In this document: one piece after another, positions 1 through 8,964 of the stretch
How the letters are laid out: the number at the start of each line of letters is the position of its first letter
How positions within the stretch are numbered: position 1 is the stretch's first letter
Source of the DNA: Oceanispirochaeta sp.
GTDB lineage: Bacteria; Spirochaetota; Spirochaetia; DSM-2461
Reading direction: 5' to 3'
DNA: 64,000 nucleotides
NCBI GenBank assembly: GCA_963663385.2
Contig: CAXXXD010000002.1
Location: 512,001-576,000, forward strand
Made by a program: the position numbers and the translations under genes
The notes under the pieces: model-generated
Told to the model about the DNA's origin: nothing
Seen by the model: the letters and a program-made list of their open reading frames with translations, nothing else
Databases searched by the model: none

Positions 1-672
1 AATGCGGTTATTCTTCCCGACAGTGTGAGCTATACGGAAGGTGCCTTTTTCGAACCTATAACAGTGGCCCTGCATGCCCTGAATATCATGAACTTCAAGG
101 GTGGTAAGGATGTAGCCATGACCGGTATGGGAACTATCGGTCTATTAACACTTCAGTGTGTCAGAGCCATGGGCGCCCGGAAGGTTACCGTATTTGATAT
201 TGATAATGAGAGACTGGACGTGGCCAGAAAGTACGGCGCCGATCTCTGTCTGAATACCCTGGATGCGGATTTTAAAGAGAAGGCCATGGCCTTTACAAAC
301 GGCAACGGATATGAGGTCTGTCTGGAAACGGGAGGCGTTCCCATAACGGAAATCCTCTGTATGGAACTGGCTGCTCCCAAGGGTACGGTTATGTTTATCG
401 GAACTCCCCACAAGCCTGTAACCCTCCAGCCCAGTGAATTTGAATACATCAACCGGAAAGAACTGATTGTGACCGGTTCGTGGATGAACTATTCCGCCCC
501 CTTTCCCGGATGGGAGTGGGAGATGGCGGTTTACCTGTTCAGTAAAAATCTGGTTAAAACGGACAAACTGATAGACCGTAAGATCCCTCTCAGCAGGGCT
601 TCAGAGGCAATCGCGGACCTTATGAAGCCCGGTGCGGTAAAAGGCAAGATCCTGTTCGACTGTGAAAAATAA
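1..672 (+). CDS. Zn-dependent polyol dehydrogenase, galactitol-1-phosphate 5-dehydrogenase-like (5'-truncated by the window edge)
   Basis: Frame is open from base 1 (NAVILPDSVSYTEGAFFEP...). It has an MDR-family GMGTIG NAD motif, a GSWMNYSAPFPG motif typical of GatD-like enzymes, and gatZ lies directly downstream. Confidence 0.8.
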   Translation, partial: NAVILPDSVSYTEGAFFEPITVALHALNIMNFKGGKDVAMTGMGTIGLLTLQCVRAMGARKVTVFDIDNERLDVARKYGADLCLNTLDADFKEKAMAFTNGNGYEVCLETGGVPITEILCMELAAPKGTVMFIGTPHKPVTLQPSEFEYINRKELIVTGSWMNYSAPFPGWEWEMAVYLFSKNLVKTDKLIDRKIPLSRASEAIADLMKPGAVKGKILFDCEK

Positions 673-698
673 GACAAATACTATAAAGAGGTTTTTAT

Positions 699-2006
699 AT
701 GAGTGCTAGAGACGAATTCCTGCAACTGATGAAAGACAATAAAGAGGGCAGGCCCAGGGGAATCTACTCCATCTGCTCCGCCCACCCCGATGTTATCCGG
801 GCCGGTATGATGCAGGCCAAAGCCGATAATTCCATCGTTCTGATAGAATCCACCAGTAATCAGGTGGACCAGTTCGGCGGGTATACCGGAATGGTTCCCG
901 CTGAATTTGTGGAGTATGTTAACGGTCTGGCAGAAGAGATGGACTTTCCCGGAGAGAAAATCCTCCTGGGGGGGGACCACCTCGGCCCTAACGCCTGGCA
1001 GAATCTTCCCGCCGCAGAGGCCATGAAGAATGCACGTGACCTGATTGCCGCCTATGTTAAGGTGGGGTATCAGAAGATCCACCTGGATGCCAGTATGTTC
1101 TGTGCCGATGACGAAGGGGATAGACATAAACCCCTGGCCGACGAAATCGTATCCTCCCGGGCGGCTGAACTCTGTAAAGTGGCCGAGGATACCTGGAAGG
1201 AGTTCTGCTCCGACAAGCCCAAGCCCATCTACATTATCGGTACAGAGGTTCCCGTTCCCGGCGGTGCCCAGGAAGAAGAGGAGACCGTAACACCGACTCC
1301 CGCTTCCGAGGCTGCTCATACCATGGCTGTAACAAAAAAAGCGTTTCTGGATTTGGGGCTGTCTGATGCCTGGAGCCGTGTTATCGCTCTGGTTGTTCAG
1401 CCCGGTGTGGAATTCGGTGATGATCAGGTTTTCCACTACGACAGTGCTGCCGCCGCAGACCTGAGTGCCCTGATCCACGAGGATCCCCAGTTTGTTTACG
1501 AAGCCCACTCCACCGACTATCAGAGCGAAAGCGGACTCAGCCAGCTGGTTAAAGACCACTACTGCATACTGAAAGTGGGTCCCTGGATGACCTTTGCCTT
1601 CCGGGAAGCCCTCTTTGCTCTGGAGGATATGGAAAAGGAACTGCTGGGCGGGTCAGGCAGGAACCTCTCGGGACTTCGTGAAACCCTGGAGCTGGTGATG
1701 ACGGACAACCCGGGCTACTGGAAGAAGTACTACCCCGGGACGGAGGAGCAGCAGCTGTTCAAGAGAAAGTACAGTTTCAGCGACCGGAGCCGCTACTACT
1801 GGCCCGATGCCCGTCTGGACGAATCCATTGCCCTGCTGAAGAAAAACCTGGATGAGAAGGGAATCCCTTTAAGCATGCTGAGTCAGTTTATGCCGAATCA
1901 GTACAATGCGGTGCAGGAAGGCAGGATCAAGCTGACAGCCCGGGAACTCATTCTGAACAGGATTCAGGATATTATGGGGATATATGCCAGGGCCTGCGGG
2001 TTTTAG
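699..2006 (+). CDS. gatZ: GatZ/KbaZ family protein (tagatose-bisphosphate aldolase accessory subunit / tagatose-6-phosphate 4-epimerase)
   Basis: Motifs SICSAHP, IESTSNQVDQFGGYTGM, LGGDHLGPN, GTEVPVPGGA, VVQPGVEF, EAHSTDYQ, LKVGP, SDRSRYYW. Confidence 0.93.
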   Translation: MSARDEFLQLMKDNKEGRPRGIYSICSAHPDVIRAGMMQAKADNSIVLIESTSNQVDQFGGYTGMVPAEFVEYVNGLAEEMDFPGEKILLGGDHLGPNAWQNLPAAEAMKNARDLIAAYVKVGYQKIHLDASMFCADDEGDRHKPLADEIVSSRAAELCKVAEDTWKEFCSDKPKPIYIIGTEVPVPGGAQEEEETVTPTPASEAAHTMAVTKKAFLDLGLSDAWSRVIALVVQPGVEFGDDQVFHYDSAAAADLSALIHEDPQFVYEAHSTDYQSESGLSQLVKDHYCILKVGPWMTFAFREALFALEDMEKELLGGSGRNLSGLRETLELVMTDNPGYWKKYYPGTEEQQLFKRKYSFSDRSRYYWPDARLDESIALLKKNLDEKGIPLSMLSQFMPNQYNAVQEGRIKLTARELILNRIQDIMGIYARACGF

Positions 2007-2208
2007 GCACCTCCAACCACATCCAGTCTGATACGCCTCTGGAAAATCTGATCTGTCTGTTTAAAGCAGGTAGAGAATCAATCTCCTTTCCTCCTTTTTC
2101 GGAGGAGGCAGGGGAGGCCTTGTTTAAGGCTTTGCAATTTACGGTTCTGTTGATGAATAGGTTAGTCTATTCAGAGTCAGAGTTGTACCGTCAGCTGAGA
2201 GAGAATAA
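2004..2208 (+). repeat. Left copy of a ~205 bp diverged direct repeat (partner 11158-11360)
   Basis: 2004-2060 is identical to 11158-11214 (57 bp). Similarity continues with mismatches and small indels to ...gagagagaataa at 2208 and 11360. Confidence 0.95.
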
Positions 2209-2215
2209 AAGGACG

Positions 2216-2896
2216 TTACCGGCAAATAACCCGCCACTTGTTCAAAGCCTGTGTCCTGTTGGATACGTGGAGCTTGGAATAGATAATGGAAAGATGATTT
2301 TTGACAGTCTGTTCCGCCAGGTTCAGTTCTGTTCCCACGCTCTTGTTGTTCAGGCCTTTCTCAATCAGTTCCAGAATATCCTTTTCCCTCTGACTGAGGG
2401 TTTCCAGTATTTCATCTTCCTGTGTATTTACGGGTATATCTCTTTTCAGGAGGGGAGGCCTCTTTTTTTCCTGCCCGCCGGTCAGAAGCCTTCTGGCAAT
2501 GGAGGGGGATATCTGAATTGTTCCGGACTGGATGGCCCGGATACCGGATATTAACTCTTCGGGAGGGATGTTTTTTAACAGATACCCCACCGCGCCATGT
2601 TTGATGGCTTCATGAACATAGTCATCGTCATCAAATGTGGTCAACATCATTACTTTTATATCAGGGTATTGCTCCTGAACCTTCCGGCAGGTTTCAACCC
2701 CATCCATAACGGGCATCCGCACATCCAGAAGGATAACCTGGGGTTTTACTTCTTCAAGTTTTTCCAGGACTTCCCTCCCGTTATGGGCAATAGCTACAAC
2801 AGATATATCGGTAGTCCGCATTTCCAGTACATTACGAAGGCTCTCAACAAAGAGTACCTGATCGTCTACAAGCATTACAGTCAGTTTTTCTGGCAT
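2216..2896 (-). CDS. NarL/LuxR-family response regulator
   Basis: Receiver domain (VDDQ, LLDVRMP, LTTF, GYLLK) and C-terminal LuxR HTH (LSQREKDIL...TVKNHLSIIYSKL). Confidence 0.95.
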   Translation of the reverse strand: MPEKLTVMLVDDQVLFVESLRNVLEMRTTDISVVAIAHNGREVLEKLEEVKPQVILLDVRMPVMDGVETCRKVQEQYPDIKVMMLTTFDDDDYVHEAIKHGAVGYLLKNIPPEELISGIRAIQSGTIQISPSIARRLLTGGQEKKRPPLLKRDIPVNTQEDEILETLSQREKDILELIEKGLNNKSVGTELNLAEQTVKNHLSIIYSKLHVSNRTQALNKWRVICR

Positions 2897-2898
2897 CT

Positions 2899-4119
2899 TC
2901 AGTGTTCCCAGGGAATTAATATGGACAATTCAAAACCGGATGGAGTATTGACGGCATGAAGGATTCCGTTTACCTTATCCAGGCGTTCCCGCATACCTTT
3001 CATACCAATGCCCTCCAATGCATTTTCCTGAGCTCCTTTGCCGTTATCGGCCAGGGATATTTTAGCATAAGATCCGTCACACCAGAACAGAATTCGTATT
3101 TCAGAACAATGGCCGTGCCGGAAAGCATTAACCATTCCCTCCTGAATCATGTGATAGACAATTTTATCTATCTCATTACCGAAACTTATAGGAGCATTCC
3201 CGTATTCAAGTATCACTTCTATGCCGGTAGAGCGGCTGAAGGTCGTTGTCAATTCATTCACCCTCTGCATAAATGATCTTACGGTTTTCTGTCCCACCTG
3301 CCGCAGTTCTCTCAGGTAGAGGCGTATCTCTTCCAGTCCCTTACGGGCAATCGTCCGGGATTTTTCAAGGAGCAGTCCCGTTTTTTCGGGATCAATCCGG
3401 GCAAAGTCCGTGGCGGATTCGGTCATCATCATAATGTTTGTCAGGGTGTAGCCGGCAATATCATGAATCTCCCGGGAGAGTCTTTTCCTCTCATTTTCCT
3501 CGGCGGATCGGCCTGCGTGGATGGCATGTTCCTGAAAATCAATATTGGCTCTGGTCAGATTTAAAACCGAGTTATCCAGGCGTTTCACCTGAAGGCTGTC
3601 CTGTTCCTGTCTGAAAAGAACCTGCCGGATATTGAACGAAAAGACATATACCGAAAAAAGGCTGATCAGCATCAGGATCTTCTCATGATTATCCGGACCG
3701 GCAACAGGCCTGTTCCAGATAACCGCATCTTTCTGTTCCAGGAAAATAAACAGAATAAGAGCCAGGGCAATCCAGGGACTGAGTTTTTTCCCGTATAAAA
3801 ACAGTTCGAAAATAAGCACTCCGCATATAATGGATTCTATATTCATATTATTCCCCAGTGGATAGCCGCAGTACCAGCACAGGATGATTTTTATAATAAA
3901 AATAGGGATCAGCAGATCTGTTTTAATGATCCTGAACAAGGGAAGCAGCAGGGACAGGAGAATGGATATATAGATAACAACAGCAAATTCAGAGGAATAG
4001 ATATAGAGGGTCCTTTCATTGATGATATTCCATTTGAAGAAAAGGAGTGCAAGAATATAAAAACCGGACAGGGATAGGGCAATGGGGAATCGGAAATCCT
4101 TTAACTTATTTTTATTCAT
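2899..4119 (-). CDS. Membrane sensor histidine kinase (HisKA_3/NarX type)
   Basis: Hydrophobic N-terminal half, ERKRLSREIHD H-box, QEGMVNAFRHG N-box, DNGKG and GIGMKGMRER motifs. Confidence 0.93.
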   Translation of the reverse strand: MNKNKLKDFRFPIALSLSGFYILALLFFKWNIINERTLYIYSSEFAVVIYISILLSLLLPLFRIIKTDLLIPIFIIKIILCWYCGYPLGNNMNIESIICGVLIFELFLYGKKLSPWIALALILFIFLEQKDAVIWNRPVAGPDNHEKILMLISLFSVYVFSFNIRQVLFRQEQDSLQVKRLDNSVLNLTRANIDFQEHAIHAGRSAEENERKRLSREIHDIAGYTLTNIMMMTESATDFARIDPEKTGLLLEKSRTIARKGLEEIRLYLRELRQVGQKTVRSFMQRVNELTTTFSRSTGIEVILEYGNAPISFGNEIDKIVYHMIQEGMVNAFRHGHCSEIRILFWCDGSYAKISLADNGKGAQENALEGIGMKGMRERLDKVNGILHAVNTPSGFELSILIPWEH

Positions 4120-4150
4120 ACTTTTAAAGCTTTCCTTATTCGCTAAGTAC

Positions 4151-4229
4151 GGTACTAAAGTACCTTAAGAAAATAATAAGATTTTGTATAATAATAAGAA
4201 TATTATAACATATCGGGTACTTTAGTAAC
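4151..4229. promoter_or_regulatory. Two candidate response-regulator operators GGTACT-NN-AGTAMC (4151-4164, 4216-4229)
   Basis: ggtactaaagtacc and ggtactttagtaac lie in the divergent intergenic region between the kinase and the ABC operon. Confidence 0.55.
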
Positions 4230-4292
4230 TCCTAATCTGAAAAATCCCGCCATAGAATAATGATAAATCTAGATAAGGGAGGTTCATTCTAT

Positions 4293-5588
4293 ATGAACAA
4301 AAAAAGTGTTTTATTCCTGTTGTCGATCTTCACTCTCATATTACCCGCAGTGGCCGGTGGTCAGAGTGAAGGATCTCCGGTTGATTCTTCAGAACCTGTT
4401 GTAATCAACTTTATGGCTGATAACAGAAGTGAGCTTGTAAAAATGCAGGAGCTTCTGCCGGAATTCGAAGCGGAAAACAATATCAAGGTTAACTGGATGC
4501 AGCTGCAGGAGACTCCCCTGCGATCCAAGACAGGACTGGAACTGTCTGCACCCTCAACAGATATCGATGTGATAATGGTCGATTTCCTTTTTATGAACAA
4601 GTATGCCAAAGCCGGCTACCTGGCTCCTCTGGATGAATACTTTGGCAAGGGTTCAACATTTAAGGAAAGTGACTTTCAAAGTCCCTTTATCGATGCGGTG
4701 AAATATAATGGTAAACAGTATGCCGTCCCTCTTTACCAGGATTGTAACATCCTTGTCTACCGGGCTGATCTCTATGCGAAATATGATCTGAATGTACCAA
4801 AAACCTTCGAGGAACTGGAGTATAACGCCAAAGTTATTCATGAAAATGAACCAGGTGTTGCCGGTATTACAATGAGAGGCCAACGTGGTCAGGGTGTTAA
4901 TGAATGGACATGGCCTACATTTCTCAGAGGTTTCGGCGGAACCTATTTTGATCATAACATGATGGGGAATCTGGATACTCCCGAAGCCATCGCTGCTCTC
5001 GAATATTATGCCAGTATTCTGAAAAACTATGGTCCTGAAGGTGTTGCGAACTTTTCCTATATAGAAGTCCAGACAGGTTTTGCCCAGGGAAAGGCCGGAA
5101 TGTTCATCGACTCCGCCTCACTGGCTCCCCGCTGTGAAGATCCTGCTTCCTCCAAGGTCGCCGGAAAAATCGGTTATGCAGTAGTCCCCGGGAAAAGGGA
5201 GATTCAACCCGGATTTTACTCCTGGACACTGGTTGTTCCCGAGCACTCCAAGAATAAAGAGGCAGCCGCCAAATTCCTGGAATGGATTGTCAGCCCTGAA
5301 ATTGCTCCCCGGCTTGGTTGGTCTGCCCCTAATATCGCCCTGGAAACTGTATACGATGTAGCGCCCTATGCCGGATACGATCAGTCTGAACCTCTTGTTG
5401 AAGTTATGAAAAACTCCCTCGCATTAGCCGATCCCGACTACCGTCCGAGGGTTGACGAAGCATCTGAAGTAGGGACACGTGTTTCCATAGCTATTTCCGA
5501 AGTTCTGGCTGGTGAAAAAACAGCCGAACAGGCTTTGAAAGAAGCTGACGCCGATATCGATCAGATTATGAAAGAAGCCGGATACTGA
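4293..5588 (+). CDS. Sugar ABC transporter substrate-binding protein
   Basis: GGAGG RBS before ATG 4293, signal peptide ending AGGQSE, family-1 SBP motifs (YNGKQYAVP, LVYRADL, SKNKEAAAKFLEW). Confidence 0.92.
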   Translation: MNKKSVLFLLSIFTLILPAVAGGQSEGSPVDSSEPVVINFMADNRSELVKMQELLPEFEAENNIKVNWMQLQETPLRSKTGLELSAPSTDIDVIMVDFLFMNKYAKAGYLAPLDEYFGKGSTFKESDFQSPFIDAVKYNGKQYAVPLYQDCNILVYRADLYAKYDLNVPKTFEELEYNAKVIHENEPGVAGITMRGQRGQGVNEWTWPTFLRGFGGTYFDHNMMGNLDTPEAIAALEYYASILKNYGPEGVANFSYIEVQTGFAQGKAGMFIDSASLAPRCEDPASSKVAGKIGYAVVPGKREIQPGFYSWTLVVPEHSKNKEAAAKFLEWIVSPEIAPRLGWSAPNIALETVYDVAPYAGYDQSEPLVEVMKNSLALADPDYRPRVDEASEVGTRVSIAISEVLAGEKTAEQALKEADADIDQIMKEAGY

Positions 5589-5656
5589 TATTCGGAACCC
5601 TCTCCCCCTCGACTACGCTCGGGGACCGAGGTGATTGATAAACACAATTATTAAAA

Positions 5657-5698
5657 CATTCCCCCTTCTCCCTTTGGGAGAAGGGTTGGGGATGAGGG
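5657..5698. repeat. REP-like hairpin with G-rich tail (cccttctccc-ttt-gggagaaggg-ttggggatgaggg)
   Basis: Perfect 10 bp stem followed by a GGGG..GAGG tail. Same architecture as the motif flanking the DUF559 genes. Confidence 0.7.
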
Positions 5699-5732
5699 TT
5701 TTCACCGGATAACTTATTGGAGAATAAAATAA

Positions 5733-6626
5733 ATGCTTAATAACAAAATACAACTGAAAGATAAGCACTATCTGGTTCTTTTTCTTGCTCCTGCGATTAT
5801 ATCGCTTGCCGTGCTGTCTTTATACCCCCTGATCTTCAGCCTGAAAACAAGTTTTTTTGGCTGGGATCTGATCAAACCCGGATCCGAGAAGAATTTTGTC
5901 GGCTTCCGGAACTATACGACGATTATAACAAACAAGGCCTTTCAGGGAGCCGTCTGGATAACCCTCAAGTATACCCTTGCCAGTGTGACTTTTGCGATCC
6001 TGGCTGGTACAGCCATGGCTTTCCTGTTTTTTCAGAACCTGAAAGGAACCTGGGTAGTCCGTACTGTGGTTATTACTGCCATGGTTATTTCTCCGGTTAT
6101 CGTGGGAACCCTGTGGCGTCTGATGTACAGCCCCGATTTTGGAATCATCAACTATGCGCTCTCCCTTGTCGGGCTGGGACCTTACTCCTTTCTGGCGGAA
6201 AAAGAGACAGTGCTGAGCTCCCTGATCCTGGTTGATGTCTGGGAATTCGCTCCCCTTGTTATGGTTATCATCCTGGCAACTCTTCAGGGAATTAATCCCA
6301 CCTTTTATGAAGCCGGCGTTATTGACGGCTGTAATGCCATACAGCTTTTTCTGCACATTACACTGCCCATGCTTAAACCGGCTCTGCTCCTGGCTCTCCT
6401 GATCCGTACCATGGACTGTTTCAGAACCTTTGATTCCATCTATGCCATGACAGGTGGAGGACCGGGGACCTCCAGTCAGAACCTGAATATTCTGATGTAC
6501 AATACGGGCTTTGAGTTTTTTCAGATATCCAAGGTTTGTGCCATGGCTATTTTGAGTCTGATCATTATTACAACAATCTGTCTGATTCTGGTTAAAAATC
6601 TGAAGGATGATAATTCGATATGGTAG
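5733..6626 (+). CDS. Carbohydrate ABC transporter permease (MalF-like)
   Basis: FVGFRNY, EAA-like loop YEAGVIDGC, MTGGGPG, multiple TM segments. Confidence 0.93.
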   Translation: MLNNKIQLKDKHYLVLFLAPAIISLAVLSLYPLIFSLKTSFFGWDLIKPGSEKNFVGFRNYTTIITNKAFQGAVWITLKYTLASVTFAILAGTAMAFLFFQNLKGTWVVRTVVITAMVISPVIVGTLWRLMYSPDFGIINYALSLVGLGPYSFLAEKETVLSSLILVDVWEFAPLVMVIILATLQGINPTFYEAGVIDGCNAIQLFLHITLPMLKPALLLALLIRTMDCFRTFDSIYAMTGGGPGTSSQNLNILMYNTGFEFFQISKVCAMAILSLIIITTICLILVKNLKDDNSIW

Positions 6627-7450
6627 AGAAAAACAGGAACTTTAAACTTGTCATTTTATATATAATTCTGCTGCTGGTGTTTATCTTTTATGCCAGTCCC
6701 ATTATCTGGATGATTTCCAGTTCATTCAAAACCGATGCGGATGCCCTGACCATGCCTCCCAAGTGGTTTTTTAAGCCCACAGGAAGCAACTATTATGAAG
6801 CCTTTTTCAACCGGGGTTTGATGGACAATTTCTATAACAGCCTGATTATTTCGGTCGTCAGCAGTCTTCTGGCTCTTGTTATCGGGACTCCAGCGGCCTA
6901 TGCCATGTCCCGTTTCAGGTTCAAAAAGAAAGAGGATCTGTTTTTCTGGTTTCTCTCTACCAGAATGGCTCCTCCCGTACTGGCGGCCATCCCCATGTTT
7001 ATGCTCTCCAGGAACATAGGGATTTACGATACGGTAGGCCTGCTGATTGTGATGAATATGCTGGTCAACCTCTCCTGGGTCGTCTGGATGATGCGCTCTT
7101 TTTTTGATGAGATAAGTGTTGAAATTGATGAATCCTGTATGGTGGACGGCTGTACCAGATTTTCAGCTCTCTGGAAAATCATTCTGCCTCTCTCCCGACC
7201 GGGACTGACGGCTACGGTTATTTTCTGTCTTATCCTGTCCTGGAATGAGTACTTCTTCGCTCTCATCCTGACAAGTGTCAACGCCACAACTCTGCCGGCG
7301 GCTATCAGTTCCTTCCTGACAGTTCATGGCCTCCTCTGGGGCCAGATGTGTGCCGCCGGAACCATAATAATGCTGCCAATCGTCGTATTTGTTTTCTTTA
7401 CTCAGAAACAGCTGGTTCGCGGTATGACAATGGGCGCTGTAAAAGGTTAG
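6620..7450 (+). CDS. Carbohydrate ABC transporter permease (MalG-like)
   Basis: NSLIIS, AAYAMSR, EIDESCMVDGC, WNEYFFAL, QKQLVRGMTMGAVKG. Confidence 0.93.
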   Translation: MVEKNRNFKLVILYIILLLVFIFYASPIIWMISSSFKTDADALTMPPKWFFKPTGSNYYEAFFNRGLMDNFYNSLIISVVSSLLALVIGTPAAYAMSRFRFKKKEDLFFWFLSTRMAPPVLAAIPMFMLSRNIGIYDTVGLLIVMNMLVNLSWVVWMMRSFFDEISVEIDESCMVDGCTRFSALWKIILPLSRPGLTATVIFCLILSWNEYFFALILTSVNATTLPAAISSFLTVHGLLWGQMCAAGTIIMLPIVVFVFFTQKQLVRGMTMGAVKG

Positions 7451-7454
7451 GCCC

Positions 7455-8948
7455 ATGCAGAAACATATACTTGCTATCGATCTGGGAACTACAAGCTGTA
7501 AAATCGCCTTGTTCGATGAATCTCTTGTCTGTGCGGCAGAGTGGTCAGATTCCTATCATACATCCTTTCCCCATCCGGGATGGGCCGAGCAGAATCCCGA
7601 TGACTGGTGGCGTATCGTACTGAGCGGGATCCGGTCGGTAATCGTATCAAGCGGAATCGACAAAAACTCTATTTGCTCTATTGGACTCGATACAATGGGC
7701 AGTGCTCTGGTTTCTGTAGATAAAAATAATAATGTCCTTTGTCCGGCGCCTCTGTGGATGGACAGAAGGTCCGAAACCGAAGCTGATGAAATCAATGCCA
7801 TAATGGGCCGCGATTTATGGGATATCAATGGCAACAGGAGTGATCCCTCCAATGTGGCTCCCAAAATCCTCTGGTTAAAAAAACACTTGCCGGAAGTGTA
7901 TGAGAAGACGGACTGCTTTTTGCATGCCAACGGATTTCTTGCTTTGAGACTGACGGGAAACAGGTCTATGGATGTCACCGAAACCGGCCTGACCCAGCTA
8001 TGCCGTACAGCGGACAGGGACTGGGATGACAGGCTTCTACAGCTTTGTGGAATTGACCGGTGTAAATTGCCTCCCGTTGTGGAATGTCATCATATTGTCG
8101 GGGGAATCACGTCGGCCGTTGCGGAGGAAACCGGTCTCCCCGAAGGAATCCCCGTAAGCGCCGGGGCTATGGATATGTGCGCCGCAGCTCTGGGATCGGG
8201 TGTTTTTAAAGCGGGACAGGTTTATATTTCTGCGGGAACTGTGACTGCCGTGGGAGCCTGTCTCGACAAGGCGGTTTTTCATCCTGATCTGCATATCTAC
8301 CCGCATATCGTTCCCGGACTTTTTATTACCGCTGCCGGAGTGGACTACGGCGGAGCCGGACTGAAATGGTTCAAAGGGATTATGGAATCCGACGATTACG
8401 CTTTGATTGACAAGGCCGTTCTGGAAGAGGAGGAGGGAGAATCTCCTCTGCTTTTTCTGCCCTACATGGTAGGGCAGAGAGCGCCATTATGGAACAGCAG
8501 TATGACTGGAACCATCGCCGGGCTTCACCCGTCCGTAAACAAAACGGATCTTTACCGGATGTTTATGCGGGGGAATGCCTTCGGTGTACGGAAGGTTCTG
8601 AATATACTGACTGGTTCAGGATATAATATTGATCTGGTTAAAATGACCGGAGGTTGTTCCCATAGCACTCCCTGGATGAACATATTTGCAAACTGTACAG
8701 GTATCCCCTGCGAAGTTCCCGGTTCCAGTGATGTTGCTGTTCTGGGTAGTGCCATGATTGCTGCGGTCGCCTGCGGGCTGAAGTCAGACTATGATGAAAT
8801 ACTGAGGAACAGATCTGCTAAAGCCACATTCAGTCCGGATAATACAAAGGCCCGGAAGATGAGCCGGTTGTACAAAATATATGATGCCTATCTAAATGCC
8901 ATGCTGCCGATTATGCAGGCTTTGTCTGACTATAAATATAACAATTGA
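7455..8948 (+). CDS. FGGY-family carbohydrate kinase (xylulokinase-like)
   Basis: IDLGTTSCK, GWAEQNPDDWW, WMDRR, PKILWLKK, FLPYMVGQRAP. Confidence 0.92.
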   Translation: MQKHILAIDLGTTSCKIALFDESLVCAAEWSDSYHTSFPHPGWAEQNPDDWWRIVLSGIRSVIVSSGIDKNSICSIGLDTMGSALVSVDKNNNVLCPAPLWMDRRSETEADEINAIMGRDLWDINGNRSDPSNVAPKILWLKKHLPEVYEKTDCFLHANGFLALRLTGNRSMDVTETGLTQLCRTADRDWDDRLLQLCGIDRCKLPPVVECHHIVGGITSAVAEETGLPEGIPVSAGAMDMCAAALGSGVFKAGQVYISAGTVTAVGACLDKAVFHPDLHIYPHIVPGLFITAAGVDYGGAGLKWFKGIMESDDYALIDKAVLEEEEGESPLLFLPYMVGQRAPLWNSSMTGTIAGLHPSVNKTDLYRMFMRGNAFGVRKVLNILTGSGYNIDLVKMTGGCSHSTPWMNIFANCTGIPCEVPGSSDVAVLGSAMIAAVACGLKSDYDEILRNRSAKATFSPDNTKARKMSRLYKIYDAYLNAMLPIMQALSDYKYNN

Positions 8949-8964
8949 ATAACAGGAGTTGCAA

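Noticed and set aside
2120..2554. 144-aa plus-strand ORF
   Set aside because: Starts in the duplicated fragment and runs antisense to the response regulator; no motifs.
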